Positions 1 to 14,200 of a stretch of 64,000 bases of DNA are shown here, one piece after another. How positions within the stretch are numbered: position 1 is the stretch's first letter; each line of letters begins with the position of its first letter. The notes below the pieces were generated by a model. It was not told the origin of the DNA and searched no databases. It saw nothing but the letters and a program-made list of their open reading frames with translations. Source of the stretch: Owenia fusiformis. Lineage: Eukaryota. The stretch spans positions 37,324,001-37,388,000 of the forward strand of contig CAIIXF020000001.1 of NCBI GenBank assembly GCA_903813345.2, written 5' to 3'. Both the position numbers and the translations under genes were made by a program.

Positions 1-110
1 AAAACAAGAAGTCTGAAGTCTGAAAACTCAATGAGATTAGATGTAAAAAGAGCAAAGTAGATTTTAAGATGATTTAGGCCTAGCTATTTCAAAGTGCATA
101 ATGTACAAAC

Positions 111-3100
111 ATGTTCCTGTAAATCCACATGCCATTACTTCATTGACCTTTACGCAGCAGTCAAGTCCATTTCCGTTTCCATTTCCATTTTCACATGGTT
201 GACCAAGTTCTTGACATGCTTTTTCTGAAAAGTATTCGCATTGAAAATCTATGACTTCATATTTAAAACAGGTTTTCGTATACAGTCTATAAATAAGCAA
301 TAACCATTTTATCTAGCCTGCCCAATATTGATATTTGTTGTCCTAAACAATTTAGATATCTGAGTAAAATCTAGAATTGTGTAGAATCAGTGGTCGAGCA
401 GTAAACCGTTCATAGTATCACGAAATCATCATTTTTATATAACATTGATAATCATGGCCCAGATTGTGTTTGGCTGTCATTAAAAGTGTAAGTATTGTCC
501 TCACATTTTCCCATTACAACAGGGTGTTTACCAATTGAATGTGACAATTGAACGCGCGGGGTAAGGTACAATACGAGGCGATGAAATTATGCAAACTGAT
601 GTTTTCATCGTTTGAGAAAGATCTGGTCTAGTTTCTAGATATTTTAATATATCAATGTCTGACCCGCGCGTTATATCGTATACACATATTTGAAACCAAA
701 TAGATGGCGTCACTTCAATAACGCATCCATAGCGAATTCACCCCGGGGAATTCACATACCAAACTTCCATCCCATCAAAAATTATACTCAAGAGAGTGTC
801 TGAAGCAAAATGATACCGAAGTACTTTTTCCAAGCTAAGTAACGAAATCGGCGTTAGGGACAGTAGTACCCCTGAATAGTTGTTTTTACCTTTTGTACAC
901 TTTTGTGGGACTTTGTCCCAACTAACCGAGGTTCCGATTTGTTCACATGTTAATACAATTGGTCCCTCTGGCTCAAAGTCATCATCGCATTCAACAGTCA
1001 CCTGATCACCGCACGCGTTATTACCGACTGTCGGTGATCGTCCTCCGTTTTCTGGTGCTACTATATCAATACACTGTAGCCCTGTGAGACGATAGAATAA
1101 AATAAAATATATCAAAATCCGATGTATAGTTGCTGTGATGTGCGTAAGTCTTTGCCTCTGTCCTTTAATACTATCAATACATTGGTAATAATATCAATAC
1201 TTGTATAAGAGTAACGTGCAGTATATAAGTGCTACGTTAGTCTTCTATGGAAAAAGCTTGTACAAACTTTCGCATGTTGGGACTGGACCATCAAGTTCAC
1301 CATTGGACTCGCACTCGACAGTTTTATCAATTTGACCAGCTGGATTTCTCGACAGCGTGTAACAGTCGTTGCAACTAAAACGTGTGACATCGTATCTATT
1401 AAAGCGGCAGTGAAAAACCCTTAACTTCTAAAGTCAAAATTCAAAACTTCAGTCAATCATTGAGCATAAGCACAATATCGAAGAGATATTAATTGGAATG
1501 TTAAACGGATTTGCTTCTTCATAATTTCGGCCAAGCAATATTTTCACACAATTTTGCTGATTAAGGGAGAGGGGTCAAAATCTCGGGGGGGGGGGGGGGG
1601 GGGGGGCTCCAGCTTCCCCTCCCTTCGACCATTAAAAAACGAAGTAGCTCATAGGCCAGTCAGAATGATCGAAAATTGTTTGCATTTTTAAGAAGTTGGC
1701 ACATCCTTTAATGGCAGTACCTGAATGATACAATCTCGCCAGGTTTGAATCGTCCTTGTTGATTCGGAGCACTTCCGGAGTCGATTCTCCCATTCTGCGG
1801 AGCAACGGGGTACTCACAATCGGGAGCTAAAAACACGTTTAAATTAAATTAAAATAAATTCCAGGGTATTTGAGATTCTATTTATGTAGTTGAATCCCCA
1901 ACCCTTTGGGTTTATCGGCAAAATTAGGAAATTTTCGTCTTTATCGAATTTCCGTGATGTTTAATTTATTTTAACTGTCCTCCTCTCGGTCCTGCAGCGT
2001 CAGACCCGGATGCCATTGTGGTGATTCCCTTTCTAAAACCTACCGCCATCTCTAGAAAAGTTGTGATCTTTCTCGATGAAAACCGAAAATGTCCTCGTTC
2101 TGCCGATTAACCCACACGATTGGGGATTCAACGACATTAAAAGAGTTTTTTAAATGCGTGGAAATTTCTCCTATATTGTAATCAGAAGTTAGAACGAAAG
2201 TTAGAATGTAAGTAATACCTAGCACATTTGCCCCGATTCATTGGCCGGCGATTTGCCGATATGCCTTGGTCACATTTACTCCGATTTTCACTACGGCGCC
2301 CGGCCGATTGAGTATTTTTTTTGTTCAAAATTGAATACAATATTGAACAAAACACTCAATCGGCCGGGCGCCGGTCGATGGATCGGAGCAAACGTGAACC
2401 AGGTTTAGAGTATTTTGTTTAAAATTGAAGGTCAAATCTCAAAGGATTGGTATCGATATGGTGAACTTTTTGACCACTCGTTTCTCTTAAACCAGTCATC
2501 AAAACATTCTGAAAATTTTACACATCGTCAATTTAATGGTCATCTTTTGGATGGTAACATTATAATTTGAAATATATATATAATTAATTGTCCTTGTCTG
2601 ACCACATTAGAAGAGCAGCTATTATATGTGCTACACAATACATAGTACTTACCAATGCAACGACCTTCAGTACACTTAAGATTTCCACCTCTACAACAAT
2701 CCTCATCTTCCACACATGGCCCAGTCTCAGGCACACAGCATATACTTTCTTTGCATCGTAAACTGGTACCCTGTAAACCCTCGCAGCATTCCCCCTCAGA
2801 TCTACAACCTCGTTGCTGGACTTCTTTGCATTCTATAGAGCTAGGGGTGTATGTTGGTTCTGTTGTCACCTCTGTAAATTTTATAATCTTTTTTGAATAT
2901 TGAAAATTCATTTTATATGCATAAATATTCGAAATAATGTTTAAAAAACAACGAACAACTTGAGAATAAATAGAAAATCAAGTGGTGCAAAATAACACAT
3001 AGCGAATATTTGAACACATCGAACAAGGTAAACAAAATAGCATCTGTGAAAACCTCAATTGAGAATGATAGCATGTCAAATAAGAAAAATAATCAAATCC

Positions 3101-6100
3101 ATGTCAAAACAACAAGTTGGTGTTTTCTATTTAAACGTTAAACGGTATTCTGCAGTTAGAACGTTAACCTTTTTTATAAGCCTGTGTGAAAAGTCAAGCT
3201 ATCCGATTAGCCCAGATTTCTGTAGGAATATTTTCAATGTTTCAATTCAATTATTGAAGATAGAATTCACATAGATTCTCATGATCCGGTGTTTATTAAA
3301 CTTAGGATGTCACAGCGCATGGGCATAGCTGACCAATAAAATTTAGAACTGAATTAGCATCCAACTCACCACATTCTTGGTTTGAACTTTTGATACTCTT
3401 TGGCATTCGATTTTCGATCCAAAGGTTTAACTAATATGCCAGAAGTTCGAACCAGAGTGGTACAAAATATTTAATTAAGAAATCAAAATTGCACTTGCAA
3501 GATCACTTGTCTATTCAAACAGTTCGGCGTTCTGAAATTTGCACATTCGCGCTGTGATGCGCATGCACGTTGTGTCATTAGTAGTCATACCATATGGATT
3601 CATGCATAGCTTCCAGGGGCGTAGGAAGGTGTAAATTCAACGCTACGCCAAAAAGTATGAAAGAATTGTGTCAAATCCTCTAAATCAAAACGCCTATTTT
3701 ATGCTCGTAAAACATCATTTTATTGCAATACCTTTCTAATGTGTTTTAAATGTTCGAATGTTTTTCATCATATAAAATCACCATGGAAAGTCGATACTTT
3801 AAATGTCGCCACAACTCATTCTTACTTTTCTCATGTAAATTTTCTCGAACGATATAGACGACCAATTTCCAGATAATAATGAGAGATTTTTAATTATTTT
3901 TTAATAATTGTATTAAGATACATGTATTGTCTGATTCCATCGTGTACCGTGTAATACTACAATGCTGAAGAAACAACTATGATCAATCGATTTAAAGAAT
4001 CGTGATCAATAATACAATTAACCCTAATGCCTGCAACCTTTTTTATAACACTTATTCGCAGGATCAAATAAGTCCCCCGCTCCACAAAGGTCAAATAATA
4101 ATCTAAGTTTTCTAGAAGTTGTGTACTGTATTACTTTCAAAGATAGCAGACGAAGACTTTCATGAAAATGTTCATGAAATAAAGCATGATATTGAAAGTT
4201 ATCTTGTTTCTAATACTGTAGAAAATACAAAGTAATCATTATTGCTGTATTTGATAAATAATCATTTACAGATTGAATTCACTTCTAACATGTATTTTAT
4301 GAATTTCATTTTTCAAAAAGTGTCATTTATTTGTGGCTCAGGTTAGAAAAATAACAGAGGCATAAAAACCTTGCAAAACAGTACTATTGAAAAATGGAGC
4401 ATATCATATGGTATCCAAAAAACATTTCTTTAGGCTAGCGTGCTCGAGAATACTTTTACAATTTAGCACAATGAGAAAATATGACTAAAGAATATAGGGA
4501 AATTTAAAGCCTTTTTTATTCTCACTTTCCAACACTACGTTTTGGCGTACATTGTTCCTACGCCACTGGCTTCCATTTGGCCAGTCAGATGACTTCGATT
4601 GTATATCATATGGTATCCAAAAAACATTTCTTTAGGCTAGCGTGTTCGAGAATACTTTTACAATATAGCACAATGAGAAAATATGACTAAAGAATATAGG
4701 GAAATTTAAAGCCTTTTTTATTCTCACTTTCCAACACTACGTTTTGGCGTACATTGTTCCTACGCCACTGGCTTCCATTTGGCCAGTCAGATGACTTCGA
4801 TTGTATACATGGTTTTAAGAAACTGTTTGAATAGAACTGTTTCAATAGAATGATGAAAAGTTCGAATAAGAAAAACGTTTTAATAGGTTCGAACTGCAGA
4901 ATACCGTTCAAAGTAAGAATGCAAAAAATTAAAACTTCAAACAAGAAAAATGAACAAAAGTTTATTCATAAAAGTTCATGTACTATATAGAACATTGAGT
5001 TTGGCGTATCACTTTCTTTATTCGACACACATTATTTTTCTTGGAGTTCTCAACATTTTCTTTGAATTATTTTTGAATCTGAACTGATTTTTTCTTTATT
5101 TGAAGTTTTGAAAAATATGCTTTGATTTAATTTTTTAAGATTTGATAAATTTGTTGGTGTTTTAAACAACATTTTGAATGATCAAAATATATCAAAACTT
5201 TTGCGATTTTTCAAAGGGAACCCGAAAAAGTAAACCCCTTGCGTTTCCTATGACGCACATTTTTCAGTTCAAATTCTTAGATTGAAAAAATAAACAAAAT
5301 TGAATTGTCCCGTATTCCTGCTTCAAATGTTCATGCAATGTTCGTGCAATGTTCATTTGAAATACTAAATGCAGTTTTTTAAAAAGGAATAGCAAACTTT
5401 TGCAATAGCTAAAACCTGCACATCGCTCTAGCATGAAATCTTACGTTGTTCAACTGTAAGATTCTAGCTTTAATAAAAGATTGTACAATAGTGAGCAAAT
5501 GGGGCTAATCTTGTGTAAAAATACTCACGATAAACGTGTCATTATGCGGATTAGTTTTTGAGATGCTTCGATTGTCACCGACGATGGTTGGAGACTCCAA
5601 AAGAGTTTCCCAAAAGATGGCCATTATAACATTTTACCCTGTATCTTATTAACGACTAGTATTCAAGCCTAGTGCAACATACCACAGTGTTCGGGAGAGA
5701 CTCGCCTAGCCTGCTATAACAATCTTACCATGGGTTGTCCACCGAATATTTAAGATAAATAAACTTGAAGACACTAACCCCCTCTACCAAGGTCAAAATC
5801 ACTCCACCGCCAGCTTAAATTGAGATTTTCCACTGAACTTTGACATGCGTTCAGATAAATTAGGACCTACCTCATAAATATTTAGTCCCGATTCACTTCC
5901 CAAACGCCAAATGCCGCTCTGATGGGGTAGGGAAGGAGAAAAATGACTTTTTATACAGAAAACCAAATCACTATATTATATATAATTTTTGGAAGGTTTC
6001 TTAATTTAGAACGTGACGTCAATACTGAATTAGAACGTTTTATAGCAAAATGATTGTGCTTTGCTATTACGCAGAAAAAAGCTTTTAGCCACGCCAACTT

Positions 6101-9100
6101 TATACTAGAGCTTTAATAATCTTGTTGGCTGTATGAAAATGCAAAAATACATATTGCGTTTTATAGCGATGTGCAGGTTTAAATAGAAAATTCCAAAATC
6201 AAACAAGCGATATTAAACAATAAAATTAAAAATCGAATAAATACGCTTACTATAAATGTAGGTAGCTAAAAATATACTTCAACAAAGGTTCTTTTGAAAA
6301 TGACATAATGGATTATAGAACACAAATGGATCTTATTCTACATAATTTATAATCGACAATGATAATACACTTGTGCAACGAGTGCGATCCTTTGTGAAAA
6401 AATGATCTCATCTGCACTAGCGTTCGAATTTTTGGAGACTGCGAAAATGTATATTAACCCTTTCATCCCCATTAGGTAAAGTGAATAAATCAATCATTAT
6501 TTTTCAATCAAAAAATGTTTTGACAATTGGTTTGTATTTCAAATCTAAAATCCATGACAAATTTAGTGGCCTTAGCAGCACAACAGTATAGAGTATACAT
6601 GTAGTTATGGTATTTGGACTCCGTGATTATGTTAACATTTTCTCTTTGAAGTTTCCCCCCAAATTTATTTGCAAACAGGACAATCTACTTTAATTGAATA
6701 AAAATATATTTGTGTCATTCTCTATAATCAATTGTGCGACTTTGCTTTTCTCCTCAGTTTGGGAGGAGTGGGAGGATGTCTGTATGTGAAAATATATGGT
6801 TTCCGAATTAAATGCCTTTGTGTCAATACACACTTGCTGCAATCTTATATTTAAATAGTAATTTTGGATTCTACAAACTAAATACTCAAACGTACATACT
6901 ATTTTCAAATATAAAATCTAATTTCTACCTCAAATAAAAATCCTGACGCATTTTGTAGCAAATGGGGTCACCGCACTTAAAAACATCTCAGCCAATCTGG
7001 GTTCAAACTCTTAATGTTTTCCAAAGTATAAATTGACACTAAATTAGCTATTGTAAACCTAAACATAATCCATTCTGCATCATAGGGATCCCTTGGGGAT
7101 GTAAAGGTTAATATCTACATGTATTTCTAAATTCACCAAAATTCGAATGGAGATCTGATTTCTAAAGCGGACACTCTCAGCTTTCCAACAATCTACTATA
7201 ATGCAGATTTGGGCCCTAGTATACACTACTAATACCTTTCAATTCAGCAGCAGATTGTTTGCAATTTTTATCATAAGTTCTGCATAGGTTAAACCGTGTA
7301 GAGTTGTTCTTGAATCTCTTCATGTAACGCTTGGGGACAGAGCCCCCAATTTCACACCTCCTATGTGACCAATTACGACGAGCCGTACAGAAATAGTAAT
7401 GGCAATTACTTTCATCGTCAGGAGTAAATTCTCCATATCTGTTATCGGTGCACTCTGGAAGAAAAATATTAAAGAGTTATTAAACTATTCCTCTGTCCAT
7501 TAAATGTCTTTCATCAGCAGCTCAAATGATGCACGTAGTTTTCCACGTGCACACTATTTGGTTATTTGTTCGACATTGATGACCTTATTAACATTTAGTT
7601 CTGTCTATATGGAGAGAAATACTTTGATTTCGTAAGATAGGTCGATAAGTGTGTACTATTTAAAAAATACTTTTTATATTTTCTCCCAATTGTAACAAGA
7701 TTGTATAACATCAACATGAAGATATCCGAACATCTCATTAAAACGAGACTTCAACGTGATTTAAAGCTGCGAAGTCTATATTGTGTGTTTGGTATAATTA
7801 ATTTCCAGTGTTGATTTGAATTATCATCAATCTTTTTGAAAATCAATAATTACATTTTTCTTCTTCTAAATAACATGAAGTGACTCATGTTTAATGTTCC
7901 CATTTTTATAAGCTTGTCAGTTAGCAAGATTTTCTCATTGATTTTATTCAATGAATGTACACATTGTCTTTTGATTGTAGTGCACCATCAAATTGTAATG
8001 TTTTTGTTTTATGTAGAGGGTGACCAACTAAAACTCTCCCCTCTTATTCTTATTATGAAGGAATCTTCATGTACTTTTCTGAATGTATAGTGTTCAATTT
8101 ATATTTAGCATTGGCTTATTAACACAAATCAGTTCATCATTTTAAATTGTTTAAGAAAAATTATTAGAAATTACAATATCCTACACAAGGTTGTGATAGT
8201 TACTTTGACCCGTAATTTGAAAACTCTGTACTATTTGTTATTTGATTCCCGTGAAGTCCCACGAGGTCCCAGGCAATGTTAAGTCTATGGAGGTCCACCG
8301 TGCCCCATTGGTGTGTGTTGGGCTTTAGTATATGGGGTACCACCGTGACTCGTCTGTGTATGTTTGTCTTAAAGCTATGCATCACCAATTTGATTTTATA
8401 AAGTCAGAACTAAGAATTGTTTCAAGAATTGAATTTTATTGATTGTCCTATTGAGCATTCTGTCAAAGTAGACCTAATTTTATTGTACTTTTTTTCTTTT
8501 CTTAATACCATTGATTTTGATTCCAAATAAGCTTTACTTGGGTTTCTCTTTCCACATGGAAATCCTTTTGAATCGGTCTTTTTTATGATCGAAGTATTTC
8601 CGATTATGGGAGAAAATACCGCCGGCCTTTTGTCGGTCTTAAAAAGATTTTTAGATCTTTCTCATCTTGATCGGTCTGGACAGGTATTTTATAAAAAATC
8701 CGATGAAATCCCATAAAGTCCGACGAAGTCCTCTTCGAAAAGACCGCCGATCTTTTTGTAGAATGAGCAGTTCCATTATTTCACCGGTCTCCATCGGACA
8801 TTATTTTAATCTGATCACCTTATACTTCCATGACAATTAGAAAACACGGGTAAAACGGGGGTAAAACCGAGATTGGACGATAATTTGTGAAAAATTGTGC
8901 ATCGTCTTTTTTGTATAAAGGAATACCTTTTGCTATTTTAAGTCGATCTGGGAAAATTCCGCTTTTAAGAGATAAATTAAAGATAATGTAAAAGAGGATG
9001 GTGAAATAACAATCCACAATCCTCAATGATAAAGGTTTAAAATCATCATGTCCTGCTGCAGAGGGTTTTAAGTTGGTTATTATTTTATTCAATTCATTTG

Positions 9101-10532
9101 CTTAAACAGTATCTAGCAAAAGAGTTAAAGCTTGTCTCCCTATATTGCATAAAGTCCAAAGAATTTTTATTTGAATTTGGTATTTTACTCGCTAATCGTT
9201 TAGAATTGTTTTAGCTAATCATTTATCAATTTACTACAAAACTTTTTTGTTTATCAGTTAATTCAACATTATCTTGAATAAAAGACTTTCAAATATTTAA
9301 TCATTTTTATTTTTCCTCTGAAGTATCTCATTAATTATTTTGCCAATTTGCCTTTATGTTTCCCTGATAATGTGCAAATTTTTAATTGTAATACTGTTTT
9401 TGAGACAATTTTATTGTGGTTTTTAATTGATTTGCAAAAGATTTATATTGCTTTATATTTTGATCGTTGGGATCTCGGAGGTATTTTTTGTTGAGTTTGC
9501 TTTTATTTCTAATTGATTTAAGTATTGCTGATGTTAACCTGGGACCTAACCGACCGGTTCAAGAACGACTCCCAGAGTTGTTGTTTTTGGGTATTATTTT
9601 GTGATTGTGCCAATTTTGATAATTTTCAAACAATAAATAAATACTGAAATGCTTAATATCCAGTGATTGACCCTCGAGTATACTCACAAGTGACACAATG
9701 CTATAATTATTCTCGATTAACACCGTCATACAGTTGCCAAATCTGATGAATTTGAAAACAAGAGTGGTTTTCGCGAGTCTTGATTTTAGCCAGCGTCGAA
9801 AAGTTGGTCCAACCAAAGAGCCAAAGACCATTATGTTTTATATGGACCAGAATCAGTTTTTAGTTCTGGCCGGCGAATAGGCGTCAAGCACTCGACATTG
9901 CCTTGAAACATTAAGCAAGTTTGGAAAGGTATGCTTTAAATACTAAGAATACAAAGTGAAGCGGTATGATCATCAAAATGAAAAGAAGATAATATTTCTA
10001 ACATATGTTATATGTTATAAATATATATTCGCTTGTGATTAAGACCTTACAATTGTAAAGTACGAAGCAGTAATCATGACTCTCGCGAAGAAATAATTAT
10101 TGTTTATATTTCTTATTTCAAAGGAAGAAACAGTTGGTTGGTGAAGCTAGTCAAGTTTCAAAGTGAAAATAGAGAAATTGATCTCCCGATAAATTCTCGC
10201 AAGTAATAAATGTGGTTTTCATATTTATAGAAAAATGATCTACTTTATTTTGAAATAACCAAGTATACACTTTGAGGATTTTTAGAAAAAGACATAATAA
10301 GGAATTATATGAGCCCAATAAACAATTTTTGTCAAGCGTGCTCCGACTACTACTTACTAAATCTGATACTTCCCTTAACAGATACCCGAAAGGTTTGCTT
10401 TGAATATTTCTTTCTGCAATGAGATTGGAGTTCTTAAATGTACTTACCAAAGTTAGGAAAGTCAGCATTACAAAAAGTGATGTAAAATTCACAAATTATA
10501 TGTACGAAAACTAATCCAATATATATTTCCAT
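111..10532 (-). CDS. Paralog C (3' part outside window): secreted CBM14-like / knottin / Sushi-CCP protein, VWA exons expected beyond position 1
   Basis: Exons: 10532-10448 (signal peptide MEIYIGLVFVHIICEFYITFCNA-DF), 7454-7236 (CBM14-like), 2871-2653 (two ICK), 1826-1721 + 1374-1268 (split CCP), 1081-890 (CCP), 224-111 (ICK with NGNGNGNG loop). Exon sizes and phases mirror paralog B exons 1-7; no stop codons or frameshifts seen. Confidence 0.87.
1857..2167. mobile_element. MITE-like element with ~65 bp imperfect terminal inverted repeats
   Basis: gttgaatccccaaccctttgggtttatcggca near the left end versus tgccgattaacccacacgattggggattcaac near the right end. Confidence 0.55.
2264..2403. mobile_element. 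Short palindromic MITE (Harbinger-like ends)
   Basis: ccttggtcacatttactccgat...ggcgcccggccgattgagt / actcaatcggccgggcgcc...atcggagcaaacgtgaaccagg form a near-complete hairpin. Confidence 0.6.
2441..2545 (-). mobile_element. Terminal fragment of the AAAGGAT-GGTATCGATATGG MITE family
   Basis: Reverse complement of the right ends at 16560-16661, 19110-19210 and 44055-44158. Confidence 0.7.
4401..4807 (+). repeat. Tandem duplication, 2 x ~202 bp
   Basis: atatcatatggtatccaaaaaacatttc...gatgacttcgattgtata occurs at 4401 and 4603, nearly identical. Confidence 0.9.
5412..6180. mobile_element. Non-autonomous DNA transposon with AAACCTGCACATCGCT terminal inverted repeats
   Basis: aaacctgcacatcgct at 5412 and agcgatgtgcaggttt ending at 6180; an inverted homolog lies at 30295-30715. 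Confidence 0.7.
6458..7107. mobile_element. piggyBac-like MITE
   Basis: TTAA|CCCTTTCATCCCCA ... TGGGGATGTAAAGG|TTAA: TTAA target duplication plus a short imperfect TIR starting CCC. Confidence 0.65.
8850..9545 (-). mobile_element. Degenerate LINE (CR1/L2-like) ORF2 fragment, pre-RT region
   Basis: Translation IITNLKPSAAGHDD...IFNLSLKSGIFPDRLKIAKGIPLYKKDD...NYRPISVLP is typical of LINE ORF2 just before the RT domain; upstream part interrupted by stops and frameshifts. Confidence 0.85.
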
Positions 10533-10555
10533 TTCAGTTTATTTCCTGTACCTAA

Positions 10556-10577
10556 CGTATCCTTATTGTGCTGATAT
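10556..10577 (-). promoter_or_regulatory. 22-nt motif shared by paralogs B and C upstream of ATG (copy in C)
   Basis: Identical to 24967-24988; lies 24-45 nt upstream of the start codon. Confidence 0.55.
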
Positions 10578-11204
10578 CTCGTATACTCGTATAGATATTT
10601 GACTGAAAGATTTATCAATAAGAAATGACATAACCAATTAACTACATATTACGTATGATGAATTACAAATTGAATTGAGTTTTTGAGAGACACGAGTAAT
10701 TATACAAGTTTCCCGGAAATTCGTAGGGATAAAGAAAAGCTGCCCGTCCTTTCGGTTGTTCGGGCTATACCCCAAACACAGTGTTGACGGATTTGTTTCA
10801 AAGAACCATGTGAGGTATGGCAAGTGATTTTGGACGGTTATCTTTCACCACGAATACTTTCAGGCCATATAGAATACAGTGGTTTTTATCAAAACAATAT
10901 GTTTTCTTTCAAGTGAAGTCCGGAAGTATCAATCAAAATCTCTGAAAAACTATGTACCATCCTGGTATATATATGGTACATATTCCAGTAATATCTCGAA
11001 TATTACTAGCAATTTTATCAATCAATATTGATAAACAATTAAATATTCCAACAAAAATTGTATACGTTGTACTGCGATTTTCTGTCAGTTGTCGGAGGAT
11101 TTGAACAAGAATCTAATTGCAACGAAATGAAATCATCTTACGGTTAAGATCATCGATTAAGATAATAAATAAACAACACACTACTTAGAATCAATCAATT
11201 TTTC

Positions 11205-11210
11205 TTTATT
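11205..11210 (-). terminator. Candidate polyadenylation signal of paralog B
   Basis: AATAAA on the minus strand ~40 nt after the TAA stop. Confidence 0.45.
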
Positions 11211-11247
11211 TGACATGTTTTGATTCCAACAAAATAATTTGTCCTAT

Positions 11248-14200
11248 TTAATTTATTTTAACACTTCCAGGACCACAGACCTTATTTCCAATATTTATAA
11301 TTGTTTCTCTGAGTTTGGTGAAGTCTGTGTTTAATATGTTGAGCAACAGGTTTGGATCCTCATCAGCTCCAGAAATAGCCATCCATTCATCTTGTCCAAT
11401 TACCTTTTCTACACATTTAGGTTTATCCGGAGGACAACCCTGAGGTAGACCGACAACCACAATTTCTGCACCGGTGGCTCTTAGAGAATCCGCATTGTTA
11501 AATGTGTTACTCTCCTTGCCTGAAATGGCATTGCAAGTTTAGACAAATAGAGAAGGAATGTGTGTTTACAAACCAAGTACATTATATACAACATTCTCAC
11601 CATTAAGTTTAACTCAACCTGTTAGGCTATGTATGAGTCAACCTTCGTTTTTTTGTACCATTCATTATATTGTCTACGTAAAATGCAAACAAAGTATTCC
11701 ACCTTTTCCTCATTGGAATTTCCCTTGAACCATTCGTCTGATATGTTTTCGTATTATTGATGGGATGGCTTTTAGATTTACACTGGACGATATCGCCACA
11801 CCTGATAAAGACGCTCATTGAATTCACCTTTCTAATGACGTCAAAGTGCTTGGCCGATGAATACGTCTTCTTATATTTTGGTCACGTGTATGGTATAGAC
11901 CAATAAGAGAGTTGGAAATATGACAGTGATATACTTTTTGGGTATGTCGCATATATGGCAATGAAATGTAGAATATAATATGCCAAATGCGCGTAAATGT
12001 TCTTCAATTAAGTCTTTACAGTACATAATACATGTCGGAAATAATAATTTAATAATTGTAAAATTGCTTTAAAACTCTTTAACGACTAGATCATTTTGAA
12101 ATTTTCTCTCAGCCAGGAACATATTTGCAATAAAGAACATTTTTCTCTATCCGGGAATTAATCGGCAAGAATCCACTTAATAAGATAAATCTATCAAGTT
12201 GACATCTTATACTGATCATTTTGTTTACATAATTCTACACAAAAATTACAATTGTTAAGACAGCATTACAGTGAATGTTAAAGTCTTATAATGATCAAGA
12301 AAACAATTTTGAAAGATTGTAAAGAAGACTTAGTACATTAATATTGATCAAATCGGGTATGTTGCGACATTGTGTAAAACGCATACTTACTACTAGGTTT
12401 AGTTACTCCATCTGACAACACAATGACCTTATTGATAGCGTCAGGACGATCTCCTTTCTCCGGAGTAAAATACTCGTTCTCCATTCTCTCCAAAGCTGCA
12501 AATGTATGGGTTCTACATCCAACTTCAGTAAGATTCATTGACTCCATACGCTTTATAACCTTATCAGGGTTGTCCACGTCTGATAGATATACAACATGTT
12601 GGGTTCCTTCATTAAAGGTTAGTGCACCCAGTTGTACGCCATCATCCTCAATGCTGGGACTTAAGAAGAAGGCTCGAGCTATTTCTGTCATGAAAGTTCG
12701 AATCCTATCTTTGTCAAGACTGGATATGGAGCAGGATGTATCCACGGCAAATACAATATCAATAGCATCCGAGCAATCAATAGTAATTGCTGAAAAGAAA
12801 ACAAGACATATGACGTGAACGAGATCACACCATCGAAAAACCTTTGAAATGACCGCAAAAAAGATGGGGACCAAAAAGTTAATCAGCTCTAGAATTTGAT
12901 ATCCTCTATCATGTGTCTAAATTTGGAGAAAATCCGATTAGCGGTTTTCCTGAAATCGGGCTTAATCAGCTCTTGAACTTGATATCCTCTATCATCACTC
13001 TACTATACCTAACCCCTAGAAATGCATAGAGGTACTCCGTTTGTCTGATTGTATTGTTTCTTATATTTTTGAAAGTACCTTATTAACATCTAAAAGTCAT
13101 CCGATAAACCATTAATAAGGAACAAACAAAGATAATCATTACTAAAAAGCCAAATGGGTTGCTCATGAACCCCAAATGCAAGGTATTGTAGAGTGATAAT
13201 ATGGGCGAGTGAAATATATATAATGAGTGGTTTTCCTGAAATCGCGATGACAAGATTTATAGAAAAACCTTCAAAATGGCCGACAGAAAACATGATTGCC
13301 GCCTAAAAGTTAATCGGGTTTAGAAATTGATATCCTCTATCATGTGTGCGAGTTTGTAGAAAATCTAATAAGTGGTTTTCCTGAGATAAATCGCGATGGC
13401 AAGAGCCCGATCACGATAACGATCACGACCACGAACACTATCACGCCGTCATCATGACATTTTTTATCCCATCGATGGTGTGATAAAAAACAAGGTAACT
13501 CTAGAGTTGAGTACCAACAGTGAAAGACGTGAATTTTGATAGGATAAGATCGGCTTACGTGGTTCACAAGTTCCTGTTTCGTCACTACAGCTCAAGCCTC
13601 TACAACAATCGCCATCTGACGAACATTTCTGACTTCGTTCTCTACAACCTATGAAATAAAGTGTTTTTTTCTGAACTATTTTTCTAAATACTGGATTGCT
13701 TTAATTAAGAATGAAGCGAGTCGTTAAGCAGGTCACAATAACATAAAAATGAAATATTACTGGTATATTGTGTACTAACATGTTTTTGAAAATCCACATG
13801 CCATTACTTCATTAACCCTTTTGCAGCAACCAAGATCATCTCCACATTGTTGATTGACTTCTTGGCATGGAGTTTCTGAAATTAGATCACATTTAATCAA
13901 AAGTTATTTGTCCTTATTTACCTTGACTACACGTTCCCGGGAATCGTATTTTCATTTTCTAATAACAGAGTGTTCCTGCTGTATTACACACGAGTTCCGA
14001 ATGAATATTTTTTTAAATGTTCACTTTTTCCATTTGTTTGGCACACAACGAATGCGTTTACTTTGAATATTACTCAGGGTAAAGTAAAATGAAATGATTT
14101 AGTGGAATTCTTCAAAAAGTACTGGACAGTCTCCTGAACATTATATAAAAAATGGTCAGTTTTTAAGAAGTGCCAGATATGGCCAAATTACGAGCATATT

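Noticed and set aside
1585..1606. Poly-G tracts (also ~27366-27389, ~27588-27619) as regulatory G-quadruplexes
   Set aside because: Simple homopolymer runs with no supporting context; lengths unreliable in assemblies
3616..5255. Possible large TIR element (ggggcgtaggaa ... ttcctatgacgc)
   Set aside because: Terminal match too short and degenerate, and no TSD found
12423..12818. Plus-strand ORFs overlapping exons (also 2655-2903, 29589-29783, 30867-31146, 33779-34117, 51879-52378, 53782-54039)
   Set aside because: Antisense shadows of real minus-strand exons
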